DNA of 64,000 nucleotides from an archaeon. Lineage in GTDB: Archaea > Undinarchaeota > Undinarchaeia > Undinarchaeales > JBDRKL01. Positions 19,509 through 29,466 of this stretch are shown here, piece after piece. A program made the position numbers and the translations under genes. Below the pieces are notes generated by a model. That model saw only the letters and a list, made by a program, of their open reading frames with translations, ran no database searches and had not been told where the DNA came from. The stretch covers positions 1-64,000 of the forward strand of contig JBDRKL010000009.1 in NCBI GenBank assembly GCA_043814055.1, read 5' to 3'. Every line of letters starts with the position of its first letter. Position 1 is the first letter of the stretch.

Positions 19509-21170
19509 CTAATTTCTTCGCCCGCTCTTCTCGCTCTCAAGGTCGTCGTAAACATCCTTGATTGAGACCTCATCCCAGCCGTACTTGATTAGGTGCTGGC
19601 GTATCTTTTCAGGGTGGTGGCCTTGTGCCATATAAGTTTTAACATAATTCTTTAGCCGGGTGTGCTTCTCCGAGCCGGCCTCTTTTGGAATCTTATGCTC
19701 CTTGTTGAACCTGAAAATGTCCATTGATTTGTGGAACTTCTTCCTCGCGTTCTCGTTAAGCAGAATTACTGAAAAAAATCCTAAAACCCCAACTGCTGAG
19801 AAAATTGCGATTAAAAAAACAGGGTTTAGTTCAAGCCCTGGTGGCATCGTAGTAGTGTTTGTGGTATTGTTGCTTGTGTTCTGCACTACAACCGACTCAG
19901 GTGGATTCTCTGAAACAGTAACTGCGTCAATTGTCAGTTCGCGCGAAGCGGATGTGTAATTATGAGCAGTAATATCAGAACATCGAACCCACCATTCCCA
20001 AACACCGTTTGACAACTCAACATCATCAAACTTATTGTCCGTGTCCTTTGTAATGGACTTATCAGTTTCACGGGTACTGCCATTGGTTATAAGCTCACAA
20101 TAGTCTACTGAAGCGGCAGAGGTGTATACCTCATACTCAAAATCGTTCGCGCGTGAAGTGCTGCGGCTGTTGTCTGCGGGAGATGTTAGCTTGATGTCCA
20201 GGAATGTGCTAGCCAGGGCAATTGTGTTCACAGTCATCATTCTATTATCCGCCCACCCGTGATATCCCTCGCTGTCCGTGCAGTTCACAGTCCAGTTCCA
20301 GTAGCCGTCCGCGATTGACACGTACTTGAACGCATTGTAAGAATTGTTGATTATGTTGTTATCGCTTTGGTTCACTGAACCATTTATGAGTAGCGCGCAG
20401 GATATCAGTTTGTTTGGAGAGGCTGGTGTGTAGTTGAAAGTGATTTGGCGGCTTGGGATTATAGCACCCGATATTGGACTATTGAGTGCAACAATTGGCT
20501 TAGATGACGAAGTTATTACGTCAACTAGGGACTGGCTGCTAACAGCGTAGTTGCCGCGCCTATCACTGCAATTAACATACCAGGTATAGTAACCAGATGT
20601 CAGAGTCTTTGAGAACTGGTTGGTGTTGTTATTTGAGATGGTGCTGTCATTCTCCATAAGCTCGCCGCCGATGTAAAGGAGACAGAACTCTATGCCGGTG
20701 TGCACGTCAACAGGCAGGTATGAGAAGTTGACGTTGCCGGCGCTGTTGCTCGTTATGTTCGCCGAGTTCAGCGAAATCACTGGCTTTGTTATATCCAGGT
20801 CAATGATTACGCTCCAATTTGAAGAGTACCCTATGTTATGTGTCGGCGTGGCGTTGTCCTCGCACTTCACGTACCAAGTCCAAGTACCGTTGGTGATGTT
20901 GCGGTAGAACAAGTTGTCAGTATTGTTACCAGGCGATGACTCCCCAATTATGATATTACTGACAGAGTTGTTCGCAAAGAGAGTACAGCTTATGAATCCT
21001 GTGTCGTCAACCGGCTTGTACTTGAACGTGATATTGTCATAATAACTTGTTGCGGCGTTCGCAGGAGCGACCAGCGTTATCACAGGAGCGTTCGCTTCAT
21101 CCGCGAGCGCGCAGTGAGCAAATGCTAAAAAGAACAAGAAAGTTGTGAATAGGGCAACGGATTTTCGCAT
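19509..21170 (-). CDS. Surface glycoprotein with four Ig-like repeats, TM anchor and cytoplasmic tail
   Basis: Repeated P-x-I-x-L..C.L..G..W.W.V.C.D units; many N-x-T/S sequons. Confidence 0.8.
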   Translation of the reverse strand: MRKSVALFTTFLFFLAFAHCALADEANAPVITLVAPANAATSYYDNITFKYKPVDDTGFISCTLFANNSVSNIIIGESSPGNNTDNLFYRNITNGTWTWYVKCEDNATPTHNIGYSSNWSVIIDLDITKPVISLNSANITSNSAGNVNFSYLPVDVHTGIEFCLLYIGGELMENDSTISNNNTNQFSKTLTSGYYTWYVNCSDRRGNYAVSSQSLVDVITSSSKPIVALNSPISGAIIPSRQITFNYTPASPNKLISCALLINGSVNQSDNNIINNSYNAFKYVSIADGYWNWTVNCTDSEGYHGWADNRMMTVNTIALASTFLDIKLTSPADNSRSTSRANDFEYEVYTSAASVDYCELITNGSTRETDKSITKDTDNKFDDVELSNGVWEWWVRCSDITAHNYTSASRELTIDAVTVSENPPESVVVQNTSNNTTNTTTMPPGLELNPVFLIAIFSAVGVLGFFSVILLNENARKKFHKSMDIFRFNKEHKIPKEAGSEKHTRLKNYVKTYMAQGHHPEKIRQHLIKYGWDEVSIKDVYDDLESEKSGRRN

Positions 21171-21314
21171 AGCTAGAGTAAAGTGGGAGAATATAAAAAG
21201 GTAACGTGGCAGCGGGAAGAAGCCTTTTATTGTGTTTTAGTTCACTAAATTCACCTAGAAAAGTTAAGAAAGCTATTTAAGTCAAATTTCCCGGAGATAA
21301 GCTGAGGTGGGAAA

Positions 21315-24300
21315 ATGAATGGGAAAATTTGGATGTTTGTGGTACTATTTCTTCTCAGCGGAATTTCAGGGGGTTTTGCTGAAGGCGTAATTGAAACGGC
21401 TGCTGCGCCAGTTGTAACAGTCTGCCCGAGCGGTTGTGATTTTACTACGCTACAGGTAGCGGTTGATGCGGTTTCAGAAGGTGGGAAGGTTGAGGTTAGC
21501 AGCGGAGTTTACGTGGAGAATATTAGCATTACAAAGGGCATAAACATTACTGGAACGTTCTTGCCAAGTATCACAGGAGGTTTCAACATAAATGCGAACA
21601 ACACCATTATCCAGGGGTTCAGCATTTCACAGGGAACTGCCTCGGGAACCTTCTGGCCGCCAAATACACTCAGCCCTGGCATTTCCCACGCTGGCATAAT
21701 CGTTGAGGGCGACAATATCACTATTCACAGCAACAGCATCTCAAGTATACAAGGGACTGGCGGTGCGTCTGATTGCAACAACAACTTTGTTGGCGGCGGA
21801 GTAGGCGGAGAGGCATTCGGAATAAAAGTAAAGAACTCCAATAATGTTACAATCACCTCAAATTATATCATATCCATAACAGGCGGCAACGGCGGGATTA
21901 CTTCTGCCGGCGGCGGCACAGGAGGAATGGCATCTGGCATATACCTTGATTCAGCCAGCGGGGTTGTGCAGGAGAATACACTAGTAGGCCTGACTGGAGG
22001 CCCTGGCGGGTCAGGAGGGGCTTGCTACAGCCACGCTGGAGGCGGCACAGGAGCAATCGCCACGGGCATATACACTATTAATTCACCAAACGTCAACGTC
22101 TCCTTAAATGATTTGAAAAATGTGAAGGGCGGTCCTGCGGGTCTTGGGGGAAATTATAATACCGGAGGAGGCTCAGGCGGGAAAGGCGCTGGTATTCATG
22201 TAAAATCTTCCAGCGAGCCCATCGCATTGTCAAATAGTGTTGAGAACTGTAGTGGCGGGGCGGGGCGCTGTGGAACGATTTATTGCGGAGCGGATGGCAT
22301 CGGCGCCGGGCTTCTGGTTGAGGGGTCTAGCAATGGAGTGTTCCATTCAAACAACTTCACGTTAAGTGAGTATGGCGCGAGATTGGAGTCTGCTACTGGG
22401 AATATCCTCCACTGGAATAACTTCACTTCAAATACAGTGAACGCGTGGGACAATGGAGTTAATCACTGGAACAGCAGTTACGAGGTTGGCGGGAACTACT
22501 GGGACGATTACGCGGGCGCTGACGATGGTTCTGGGGAGCCGCCGTACCACCAAGCAGGAGACGGCATTGGGGACACACTCATACCTTATAACTCATCAGG
22601 CAACATAACCAAAGGAGGAGACTACCTGCCATTGCTTGGAGGAAATCGGCCGCCGGTGATAAATAACATGTACAAAGCTCCGGCAAACCCTGCGCTTGGC
22701 AACACTTATTGGACAGTTGCCGAGATAGTGGACCCTGAGGGGGACGCCATAAATCTGGCTCAGTTTGCTCTGGTCAACCCGAGCGAAGTAACTGTGCTGA
22801 ACAGCACGCAAAGCACAAACTGGAACACTAACACATGGAATTCCACTAGCCACCAGCTCAATGCAGGCGGGACGTGGAAAGTCTATGTGTACGCCAGATC
22901 GGACGGGAACTCCAAGATCATCACAAAAACATTCAACTTCTCGATTGCAGGGGACGCCACCATAAGCCCAATGTCCCGCAATGTAACAGATATGCACCTC
23001 GGCAGCTATGAGGTGTTTGAACTGAATATTTCACACAGCTCCGCAGAGAGCCTGCAGTATGATTTGAGCACAAACCTGAACAGCACCTGGTTTGATGTAA
23101 AATTTGACCAGAATCCGGTGACTGTTCCTGGCAGCAACAACATTAAAACAGTCGAGGTCAATATAAGCAATAAATACGGAACGCCACTCCAGTCATACAC
23201 AGGGAATATAACAATAAACAGGACATTGGACGGCTTAATCCAACCCCTTTCGCTTAATTATACCATAACTGACACTGCTCCAACAATAGACTCAATATCG
23301 CCAATGGATATAGATGTGAACGAGGGTGAAACAGCTTACATAACACCGGAAGTATCAGATCCTGACGGCGACCCAGTAATGATTACAGTTATCAATAATA
23401 ATACCAACTTCACAAAAAACGGCAACAAATGGGAATGGCAAACCAGTATAGGCAATATGGGCAATTATAACATCACTATAATAGCAAATGACTCTGTCTT
23501 AACAGACATATTAAAAGTCAATATAATTGTGAACAAAACCCAAACCGCACCTATCATTACAATCCTCTCGCCAATAAATAACACCAATTACAACACCACA
23601 GAAATTGACCTGAACTGGAGCGTGAATCAGGAGCTGGACTGGGCTGCATTCTCGCTCAACGGAGCAGAAAACAACACTTCAATCTATGATGGCGGGCAGA
23701 AGAACGTGACGCTTTACCCTCTGGAGGGACTGAACCAAATCATACTTTACGCCAACAACAGCTACGGGAATATGAGCAGCAGTAGCGCAGAGTTCCGAAT
23801 TGACAGGACCGGTCCGAGCATAACTAAAGTGACACGGCCTGACACTGCAAGACCGGGAATTAGCTACAACATAACAGCGACCATAGAGGATGCCACTACA
23901 AATGTTTCAGGAGTTAATTTAACAATAAGGAATGAGAATGGCAATAACACAACCGCAGCTATAGTCAATACAGAGAACACTATGCAGTGGCAGTACGAAT
24001 TCAACGGAAGCAATACAACCAACGGGGATAAATATTATTTCGGGATAACCGCTGTCGACGCACTTGGCAACAAAAACGTTCACGAGGACAATTTTATTGT
24101 AGAAACATATGTTGAACCACCACCAGATCCGAGTGGAGGTCCTAGCGGCGGAGGACCAAGCAGCACGCCAAAAGAAATCTGCGACGATGGCAAGGACAAT
24201 GACGGGGACAAAGACATTGACTGCGCGGACTCTAACTGCTTGCTAGATGATGCCTGTGCTGTGAAGCTTGAAGAGCCGGTAAGCGCTCCAATCCCGCCGC

Positions 24301-24812
24301 CACCAGAAACCGTGAAGCCGGCGCAGGAAACGCAGCAGGCGCCCACCGGGCTTTCAATATATCAAAGAATGAAAAATCCGCTTCTCGCAGTTTTGCTTGG
24401 ATGCCTGGTTATAGCAGCCCTGGTTGGGTACTCAATGCGAGAAAGAGAAATTGTGTATATTCCAAAAGAGACACAAGTTCAAGTTAAGCCAAAAGTTGAA
24501 CCAGCACCAGTCCAGGCACCTGTTGAAAAACCAACCTTGGTTGAAAAGCGAATTGAGCTCCCAGAACACTCAAGCTCAATTATGCAGGGGCTCTCCCTGC
24601 GCGAGCAGGAAATCATGAACTCGTTGATTGAGCACGGCGGCGAAACTACCCAGGCAAGAATTTATCACCACACCGGCTTGAGCACAAGCGCACTGTCCCG
24701 CTGGGTAAACGCGCTTGAGCAAAAAGGACTTATTGAGAGCCATTACGTGGGAAAGTTAAGAAAGGTGAAGCTGGGTAAAAAGTTTATTGAAAATGGGAAG
24801 AGCGGGGTTTGA
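21315..24812 (+). CDS. Large surface protein: Gly-rich beta-helix, Ig-like domains, TM, C-terminal winged helix
   Basis: VCPSGCDFTTLQ start, GGNYWDDY, CDDGKDNDGDKDIDCADSNC, TM, then TQARIYHHTGLSTSALSRWVNALEQKGLI. Confidence 0.8.
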   Translation: MNGKIWMFVVLFLLSGISGGFAEGVIETAAAPVVTVCPSGCDFTTLQVAVDAVSEGGKVEVSSGVYVENISITKGINITGTFLPSITGGFNINANNTIIQGFSISQGTASGTFWPPNTLSPGISHAGIIVEGDNITIHSNSISSIQGTGGASDCNNNFVGGGVGGEAFGIKVKNSNNVTITSNYIISITGGNGGITSAGGGTGGMASGIYLDSASGVVQENTLVGLTGGPGGSGGACYSHAGGGTGAIATGIYTINSPNVNVSLNDLKNVKGGPAGLGGNYNTGGGSGGKGAGIHVKSSSEPIALSNSVENCSGGAGRCGTIYCGADGIGAGLLVEGSSNGVFHSNNFTLSEYGARLESATGNILHWNNFTSNTVNAWDNGVNHWNSSYEVGGNYWDDYAGADDGSGEPPYHQAGDGIGDTLIPYNSSGNITKGGDYLPLLGGNRPPVINNMYKAPANPALGNTYWTVAEIVDPEGDAINLAQFALVNPSEVTVLNSTQSTNWNTNTWNSTSHQLNAGGTWKVYVYARSDGNSKIITKTFNFSIAGDATISPMSRNVTDMHLGSYEVFELNISHSSAESLQYDLSTNLNSTWFDVKFDQNPVTVPGSNNIKTVEVNISNKYGTPLQSYTGNITINRTLDGLIQPLSLNYTITDTAPTIDSISPMDIDVNEGETAYITPEVSDPDGDPVMITVINNNTNFTKNGNKWEWQTSIGNMGNYNITIIANDSVLTDILKVNIIVNKTQTAPIITILSPINNTNYNTTEIDLNWSVNQELDWAAFSLNGAENNTSIYDGGQKNVTLYPLEGLNQIILYANNSYGNMSSSSAEFRIDRTGPSITKVTRPDTARPGISYNITATIEDATTNVSGVNLTIRNENGNNTTAAIVNTENTMQWQYEFNGSNTTNGDKYYFGITAVDALGNKNVHEDNFIVETYVEPPPDPSGGPSGGGPSSTPKEICDDGKDNDGDKDIDCADSNCLLDDACAVKLEEPVSAPIPPPPETVKPAQETQQAPTGLSIYQRMKNPLLAVLLGCLVIAALVGYSMREREIVYIPKETQVQVKPKVEPAPVQAPVEKPTLVEKRIELPEHSSSIMQGLSLREQEIMNSLIEHGGETTQARIYHHTGLSTSALSRWVNALEQKGLIESHYVGKLRKVKLGKKFIENGKSGV

Positions 24813-24927
24813 GAAAACTGGGAAGGAGGAACTTCTAGTTATTGATTTCCACCACATCCTTCCCACCCCTTTTCCCGCCGAGTTTTAATATAAGTTCCCA
24901 GTCGCAGTTGTTCCTGAGGTGATATGA

Positions 24928-25311
24928 ATGGATGAAATCGTTCACTACATGCAGAAACTCGGATTGAACCTTTACCAGAGCAGGGCAATGGTTGTTCTGC
25001 TCGCAACAGGCGAGGCAGAAGCGAAGCAGATATGCGAGTGCTCAGGAGTTCCGTACACCAAGATATACCAAATATTGAAACAGCTGGAAGACAAAGGACT
25101 GATTGAGTATAAACTCAACAGCCCGAGGACTTACAAGCCGCGCGGGAGAAAAGCCGTGCTGAACAAGCTCGTGAGAAAAGAGGCAAGGCGCGTGACATAT
25201 TTGGAGAATGAAAAAGAGCGCCAACTTCAAAAGATAGGAAGGCTTAAGCTTGGGGCAACAAAAGGAATTGAGCAAGTACACCCAGTGTTTAATTCAGAAC
25301 CAGGATTCTAG
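24928..25311 (+). CDS. TrmB-family HTH regulator (N-terminal domain only)
   Basis: LGLNLYQSRA..SGVPYTKIYQILKQLEDKGLI..PRTY. Confidence 0.85.
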   Translation: MDEIVHYMQKLGLNLYQSRAMVVLLATGEAEAKQICECSGVPYTKIYQILKQLEDKGLIEYKLNSPRTYKPRGRKAVLNKLVRKEARRVTYLENEKERQLQKIGRLKLGATKGIEQVHPVFNSEPGF

Positions 25312-26807
25312 AAAACCTTGCTCAGGAACCACTCAGCATCAAATGACTTCATGTCCGCGTAGCCCTGCCCAGTGCCGAAGTAGAGGATTGGAGCGTCTGT
25401 AACGTATGAGACCGAAATGCACGAGCCGCCCTTTGGGTCGCAGTCAACCTTTGTTAAGACCGAGCCGTCTATTCCGACTGCCTCGTGGAATGCCTTTGCC
25501 TGGTCTGCTGCGTCGTTTCCTGTGAGAGCGTCGCCAACGAAGATTTTGAGGTCAGGCTTGTTAACGCGCACGACCTTCTTGAGCTCGTCCATTAGGTTTA
25601 TGTTGGTTCCTGAGCGGCCTGCGGTGTCTGCGAGAACGACGTCAATCTTTCTTGCCTTTGCGTGCGCTATCGCGTCGTAAATCACAGCTGCTGAGTCAGA
25701 GCCGCGCACCTGCTTGATGATTGGAACATTAAGGTTCTTTGCGTGAACGTCTAGCTGCTCAATTGCCGCGGCGCGGAACGTGTCCCCTGCCGCCATAACA
25801 ACTGAAAGCCCAGCGTCCTGGAGCATTTTCGCGAACTTGCCTATGGTCATTGTCTTGCCAGTGCCGTTGAAGCCGAAAAAGACAATCACATAGGGTTTGT
25901 CCTTCTTGGCCTTGATGAGCTTGATTATGTCCGGCTGCTCCTTGGTGAGTATTTTTTGCAGCGAGTCCTTGATTGCAGATTCAATCATTTGCTCAGGGCT
26001 CTTGCTTGAGGTCTCCTCTTCCATCAGGCGCGCCTTGGTTTCGGCGGTTATTGCCTCTGTGACTTCTTTTGCAATGTCGTTCTCAAGCAGGAGTAGTTCA
26101 AGCTCCCAGAGTATTTTATCAAGATTTTTCTCTGAGATTTTTTTGCGGGTGATGGAAAGAAAACGCTTTTTTGGCTTTTCAGGTTCTTTATCAGGCTCTT
26201 TTGGCTTCCTGAATCTTCCGAAGAAACCTTTCTTTTTTGGTTCTCCGCCTGCTCGCGGAGGTAGAGCGGAGGCATTCGCCCCTGGCGAAGCCTCTATCTT
26301 GGTTTCTTCTTTTACTTCGGGTTCAATTTCAGGTTCTGGAGTTGGTTCCTCTTCAACAATTGGTTCTGGCTCGGGTTCTTCTTCAGATTCCTCCTCTACC
26401 TCTGGTTCAGGCTCATCCTCAATTTCAGGTTCAGGCTTGGACTCCGACTCGGATTCAGGTTCAGCAACTGGCTCTAGCTCTTCAGGTTTTTCAGGTTCTG
26501 GCTCAAGCTCGACCTTAACTTCAGGCTTGGGTTCTTCAACCACCAGCTCAAGTTCCGGCTCAACCTGCCCCGGCTCAAGCTCGGCTTCAACCTCTTTTAG
26601 AATTTCGTCTTCAACCGCAGCCGCCTTTTTCTTTTCTTTCTTCGACTTCGTTTCCTTCTTCTTGGCTATTGGCGGTTGGCTCTTGGCTTTTGGCGCTTTA
26701 GGAACTTCCTCAACAACTTCGTCTACTGGCTCCTTTACCTCAACCTCAACTTCAGCTGAGGCCTTGGACAAAAAGCCCTTGAGCTTCTTCTTGAGATTTT
26801 CAAACAT
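25308..26807 (-). CDS. ftsY: SRP receptor FtsY with long acidic N-terminal region
   Basis: GFNGTGKT, DTFRAAAIEQL, DTAGR, TKVD, GTGQGY. Confidence 0.97.
   Translation of the reverse strand: MFENLKKKLKGFLSKASAEVEVEVKEPVDEVVEEVPKAPKAKSQPPIAKKKETKSKKEKKKAAAVEDEILKEVEAELEPGQVEPELELVVEEPKPEVKVELEPEPEKPEELEPVAEPESESESKPEPEIEDEPEPEVEEESEEEPEPEPIVEEEPTPEPEIEPEVKEETKIEASPGANASALPPRAGGEPKKKGFFGRFRKPKEPDKEPEKPKKRFLSITRKKISEKNLDKILWELELLLLENDIAKEVTEAITAETKARLMEEETSSKSPEQMIESAIKDSLQKILTKEQPDIIKLIKAKKDKPYVIVFFGFNGTGKTMTIGKFAKMLQDAGLSVVMAAGDTFRAAAIEQLDVHAKNLNVPIIKQVRGSDSAAVIYDAIAHAKARKIDVVLADTAGRSGTNINLMDELKKVVRVNKPDLKIFVGDALTGNDAADQAKAFHEAVGIDGSVLTKVDCDPKGGSCISVSYVTDAPILYFGTGQGYADMKSFDAEWFLSKVF
26243..26294 (-). 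repeat. Family A element, in frame within FtsY
   Basis: GGCTTCGCCAGGGGCGAATGCC-TCCGCTCTA-CCTCCGCGAGCAGGCGGAG encodes EASPGANASALPPRAGG. Confidence 0.85.
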
Positions 26808-26837
26808 AGAATATGATTAGAACTCAGGCGTTAATAA

Positions 26838-27260
26838 CTATTTCTTCTTCGCCTGCATCGTCTGTAGGTATGCCTGAAGCTCCGGCTCAAGCGCGCCAAG
26901 GCGCTCGCCCATCTTCTTTATCTGCCCCTCAAGCTTTGCCCTGCCGTCTGTAAGTGTCTCCAGCTGCGTTCCGATTGACTCCACAGCGTCGCTGACCTTT
27001 TTCTCAACCACAACACCAGCGCCGACGCCAGTTAAAACATAGCCCTTGTCCTTGAGGTCTGCCATAACAAATGAGTTGCCGCCAAGCGGCACCATAATCT
27101 CAGAGTCCTTTGCGCCCTTCAGGCTCTCTATGGTGTTCTTCGCAGCCAGAAGCTCCATCTCGACTCCGCCCATCGCGTTTAGTTCCTGAATAAGACTTTC
27201 GATTTGGGTTTTTAAAATAGTGTATTCAGCGTACTTTTGTTGGAATTCTTCTTCCTTCAT
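26838..27260 (-). CDS. pfdA: Prefoldin alpha subunit
   Basis: EIMVPLGGNSFV..VGAGVVVEK; position before ftsY. Confidence 0.92.
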   Translation of the reverse strand: MKEEEFQQKYAEYTILKTQIESLIQELNAMGGVEMELLAAKNTIESLKGAKDSEIMVPLGGNSFVMADLKDKGYVLTGVGAGVVVEKKVSDAVESIGTQLETLTDGRAKLEGQIKKMGERLGALEPELQAYLQTMQAKKK

Positions 27261-27619
27261 TCTCCGGCTGCTCCCGGAGGGTGAGCGGAGGCATTCGCAT
27301 CCGGCGAAGCCGCTTTATTATCTCCTTTTTCCTTAGGCGCACCTTCGTGCGCTGCTTCTTTTTCCCTGACTGAGGTGCCTTCTGCTTTTAACATCCCTTT
27401 CTTTGCCTTTGCCGGCAGAACTTTCTTTGCTTCTGGCTTGAACTCCTCAACTTTCTCAATCTTTATTTGAGCTCGCTTTATCCCGTGATTTGAGCCAACC
27501 AATGAATAGACCTTGTCAAGCGCGCGTGCTTCTTTAAGTTCGGTAACTTCCTTGGTAAAAATCTGCTTATTTCCACGCTGTACAAAACTTCCTATGATTC
27601 TAAAATGTTTAACACTCAT
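27257..27619 (-). CDS. rpl18a: 50S ribosomal protein eL20 (LX/L18Ae) with C-terminal extension
   Basis: FTKEV..ALDKVYSLVGSNHGIKRAQIKI. Confidence 0.9.
   Translation of the reverse strand: MSVKHFRIIGSFVQRGNKQIFTKEVTELKEARALDKVYSLVGSNHGIKRAQIKIEKVEEFKPEAKKVLPAKAKKGMLKAEGTSVREKEAAHEGAPKEKGDNKAASPDANASAHPPGAAGE
27262..27311 (-). repeat. Family A element forming the eL20 C-terminus
   Basis: GGCTTCGCCGGATGCGAATGCC-TCCGCTCAC-CCTCCGGGAGCAGCCGGAG encodes ASPDANASAHPPGAAG. Confidence 0.85.
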
Positions 27620-27696
27620 TTTGAATTTTCCTCCACTTCATCAGCTTTAAAATAAACACGAAGCTGATTGACCTGCGTTATTGCTTTGCGTCTCAT
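27616..27696 (-). repeat. Family C element / 26-aa bridging mini-ORF between eL31 and eL20
   Basis: ATGAGACGCAAAGCA..CAGCTTCGTGTTTATTTTAAAGCTG..GGAGG..AAATGA; TGA overlaps the eL20 ATG. Confidence 0.8.
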
Positions 27697-27701
27697 TATA
27701 T

Positions 27702-28241
27702 TTACCTGAGCTTGATCACTGCTCTGCCGTTTTCATCTTCGCCAATCACAACTCGAAGCTGATATGGCGGTTTCTTGCGGCCGCGCTCCCAGATTTTCTC
27801 GTTTACTTCCTTTGTGATTACGACTTTGTCCGCCTTGGTGTGCTTCTTTGCGAACGCCTTGAGCATAGAAATTGTGTATCGCGCTTTCTTGCCCCTTACT
27901 GCGTTATTCCTAAGCGGGATTGTGTAAAGGTGGTCAGTGCCCTTGAGCCTGGTTGGCTTGACATTCTTCGGCGCAGCCTTGGATTCCTTGAGCTCGCTGA
28001 TGGTGTCCATTGCGCGCTCCACAACCGTGCCCTTCTTCTTTGGCTGCGGCTTTGCCTTTGCCTCTTTCTTATCCTTGACTGCTGGCTCTTCCTTTGAGGC
28101 AGCCTTTGGCTTAGCCTTCTCTTCTTCTGCCGCTGCAGACTGACGCTTCGCGTCAGTTGCACGCTTGACTTCGTCAAGCTGTGCCTCTGCCTGAGCTTCT
28201 TTCAGAATTTCATCTTCTACACTTGCTTTATCTTTAGCCAT
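27702..28241 (-). CDS. rpl31e: 50S ribosomal protein eL31 with a long K/A/E-rich N-terminal extension
   Basis: YTIPLR..VNEKIWERGRKKPP. Confidence 0.9.
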   Translation of the reverse strand: MAKDKASVEDEILKEAQAEAQLDEVKRATDAKRQSAAAEEEKAKPKAASKEEPAVKDKKEAKAKPQPKKKGTVVERAMDTISELKESKAAPKNVKPTRLKGTDHLYTIPLRNNAVRGKKARYTISMLKAFAKKHTKADKVVITKEVNEKIWERGRKKPPYQLRVVIGEDENGRAVIKLR

Positions 28242-28242
28242 T

Positions 28243-28362
28243 TCAAAGTCTCCTAATCTTCATCTGCTTTGAAACTTCGGACGCGGGGCGTCCGAGGCAC
28301 ACACACTTCGTGTGTGATGTGCAGACGAAGCTGAAATTATTTAACATGCTTTGTCTCGTCAT
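28243..28362 (-). repeat. Family C element with two extra internal hairpins / 39-aa bridging mini-ORF
   Basis: ATGACGAGACAAAGCA..CAGCTTCGTC[hairpins]TTTCAAAG..AGGAGACTTTGA-A-ATG. Confidence 0.75.
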
Positions 28363-28364
28363 GA

Positions 28365-28520
28365 TTATTCACCGATGTCTGACGCGCGCCAGTACCTTCT
28401 TTGTGGATGCGTCCTAACCTTGCGGTTGGTCTTCATTATCACCCACAGTGGAACTATCCTGTTCTGTCGCCCTTTCTTGGCGAGGCGCGTTTTTGTTGAT
28501 ATGTGTTTTATTGAACTCAT
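28365..28520 (-). CDS. rpl39e: 50S ribosomal protein eL39 (not in the ORF track)
   Basis: [51 protein letters not shown]. Confidence 0.93.
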   Translation of the reverse strand: MSSIKHISTKTRLAKKGRQNRIVPLWVIMKTNRKVRTHPQRRYWRASDIGE

Positions 28521-29125
28521 TTTTTGTACCCTTTTACTATTGTATGATAATGGTTCTCTGGGAATATATCCTTTTCCAAGCCATCTCCGCGAGCCCTGAG
28601 TGTGGCGCGTATCTCAGTTTCATACTCAGAAGTCGGTATAGAACCTGCCTGGACTGACTCTGTTAAGAAGATAGCGTCGGTTAAATACTTTATGGTCTTG
28701 TATGAAAGCCCGCAAAGAATTGGGCTGTATTCTATTTTGTGCCTGTCCTCCAGGGACTGCATTTCCGCAAGGGTTAGGCGCGGGGTTTTGTCATCCCGGC
28801 GCGTGCCATCGGTTATCAGCTTGTACGTGTCCTTATATTTTGCGCAAATTCCTTCCAAAGCGGCATGGTGTGCAATGTTTATCGCGTTGAGCGGGAACCC
28901 GTCCTTCTGCGCCTGGTCTGCTGCTTCCTCAATTGTTTTTGAATCAAGCGTGATTGGCTCAAATGGGAAACCGATTGACTCCGCTGCTTTCTGCGCGGTT
29001 TCAATGCACTCCGGCATTACCCCGAAGTTCGCCGTGACTAAAAGGACTTCGTATCCCCATTGCTTCAGGAAGTGCGCAACGAGCGAGGAGTCCTTGCCGC
29101 CTGAGTAGAGGACTATTGCTTTCAT
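28517..29125 (-). CDS. PP-loop ATPase-family protein of the archaeal eS19-eL39 cluster
   Basis: [23 protein letters not shown]. Confidence 0.85.
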   Translation of the reverse strand: MKAIVLYSGGKDSSLVAHFLKQWGYEVLLVTANFGVMPECIETAQKAAESIGFPFEPITLDSKTIEEAADQAQKDGFPLNAINIAHHAALEGICAKYKDTYKLITDGTRRDDKTPRLTLAEMQSLEDRHKIEYSPILCGLSYKTIKYLTDAIFLTESVQAGSIPTSEYETEIRATLRARGDGLEKDIFPENHYHTIVKGYKK

Positions 29126-29457
29126 ACCCGCCTAATCTTAAACTCCCTATGCGTTTGACTTGAAACTGCACCCAGAACTATCTTGAGCTGCTCAAGAGTG
29201 ATTTTGCCCTTGATTTGCCCGGATTCAACCGCTTTCACAAGAGTTATCGCAGCTGCGTAGGCGTTGTTCTCGTTGGCCATCCGCGCAGTGCTCCATTGCG
29301 CCCAGGCTTCCTGTGTCAAAATCTGCCTTAGAACCTGCTGAACTTGCTTCTTTGCATTTGTCTCAGCCTGGTGCATTTGAGCCTCTTGCTCCTGCTCCTG
29401 CTGGAGCTCAGCCATCTTACGCTGCCTAATTGCCTCAAGTTCTGCGTCGTCGTTCAT
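29122..29457 (-). CDS. PDCD5/TFAR19-family DNA-binding protein
   Basis: ELEAIRQRKMAEL..LRQILTQEA..EFKIRR. Confidence 0.88.
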   Translation of the reverse strand: MNDDAELEAIRQRKMAELQQEQEQEAQMHQAETNAKKQVQQVLRQILTQEAWAQWSTARMANENNAYAAAITLVKAVESGQIKGKITLEQLKIVLGAVSSQTHREFKIRRV

Positions 29458-29466
29458 GAGAATAAG

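Noticed and set aside
25897-26820. 307-aa Ser-rich ORF on the plus strand
   Set aside because: Antisense shadow of the Glu/Pro-rich FtsY N-terminus
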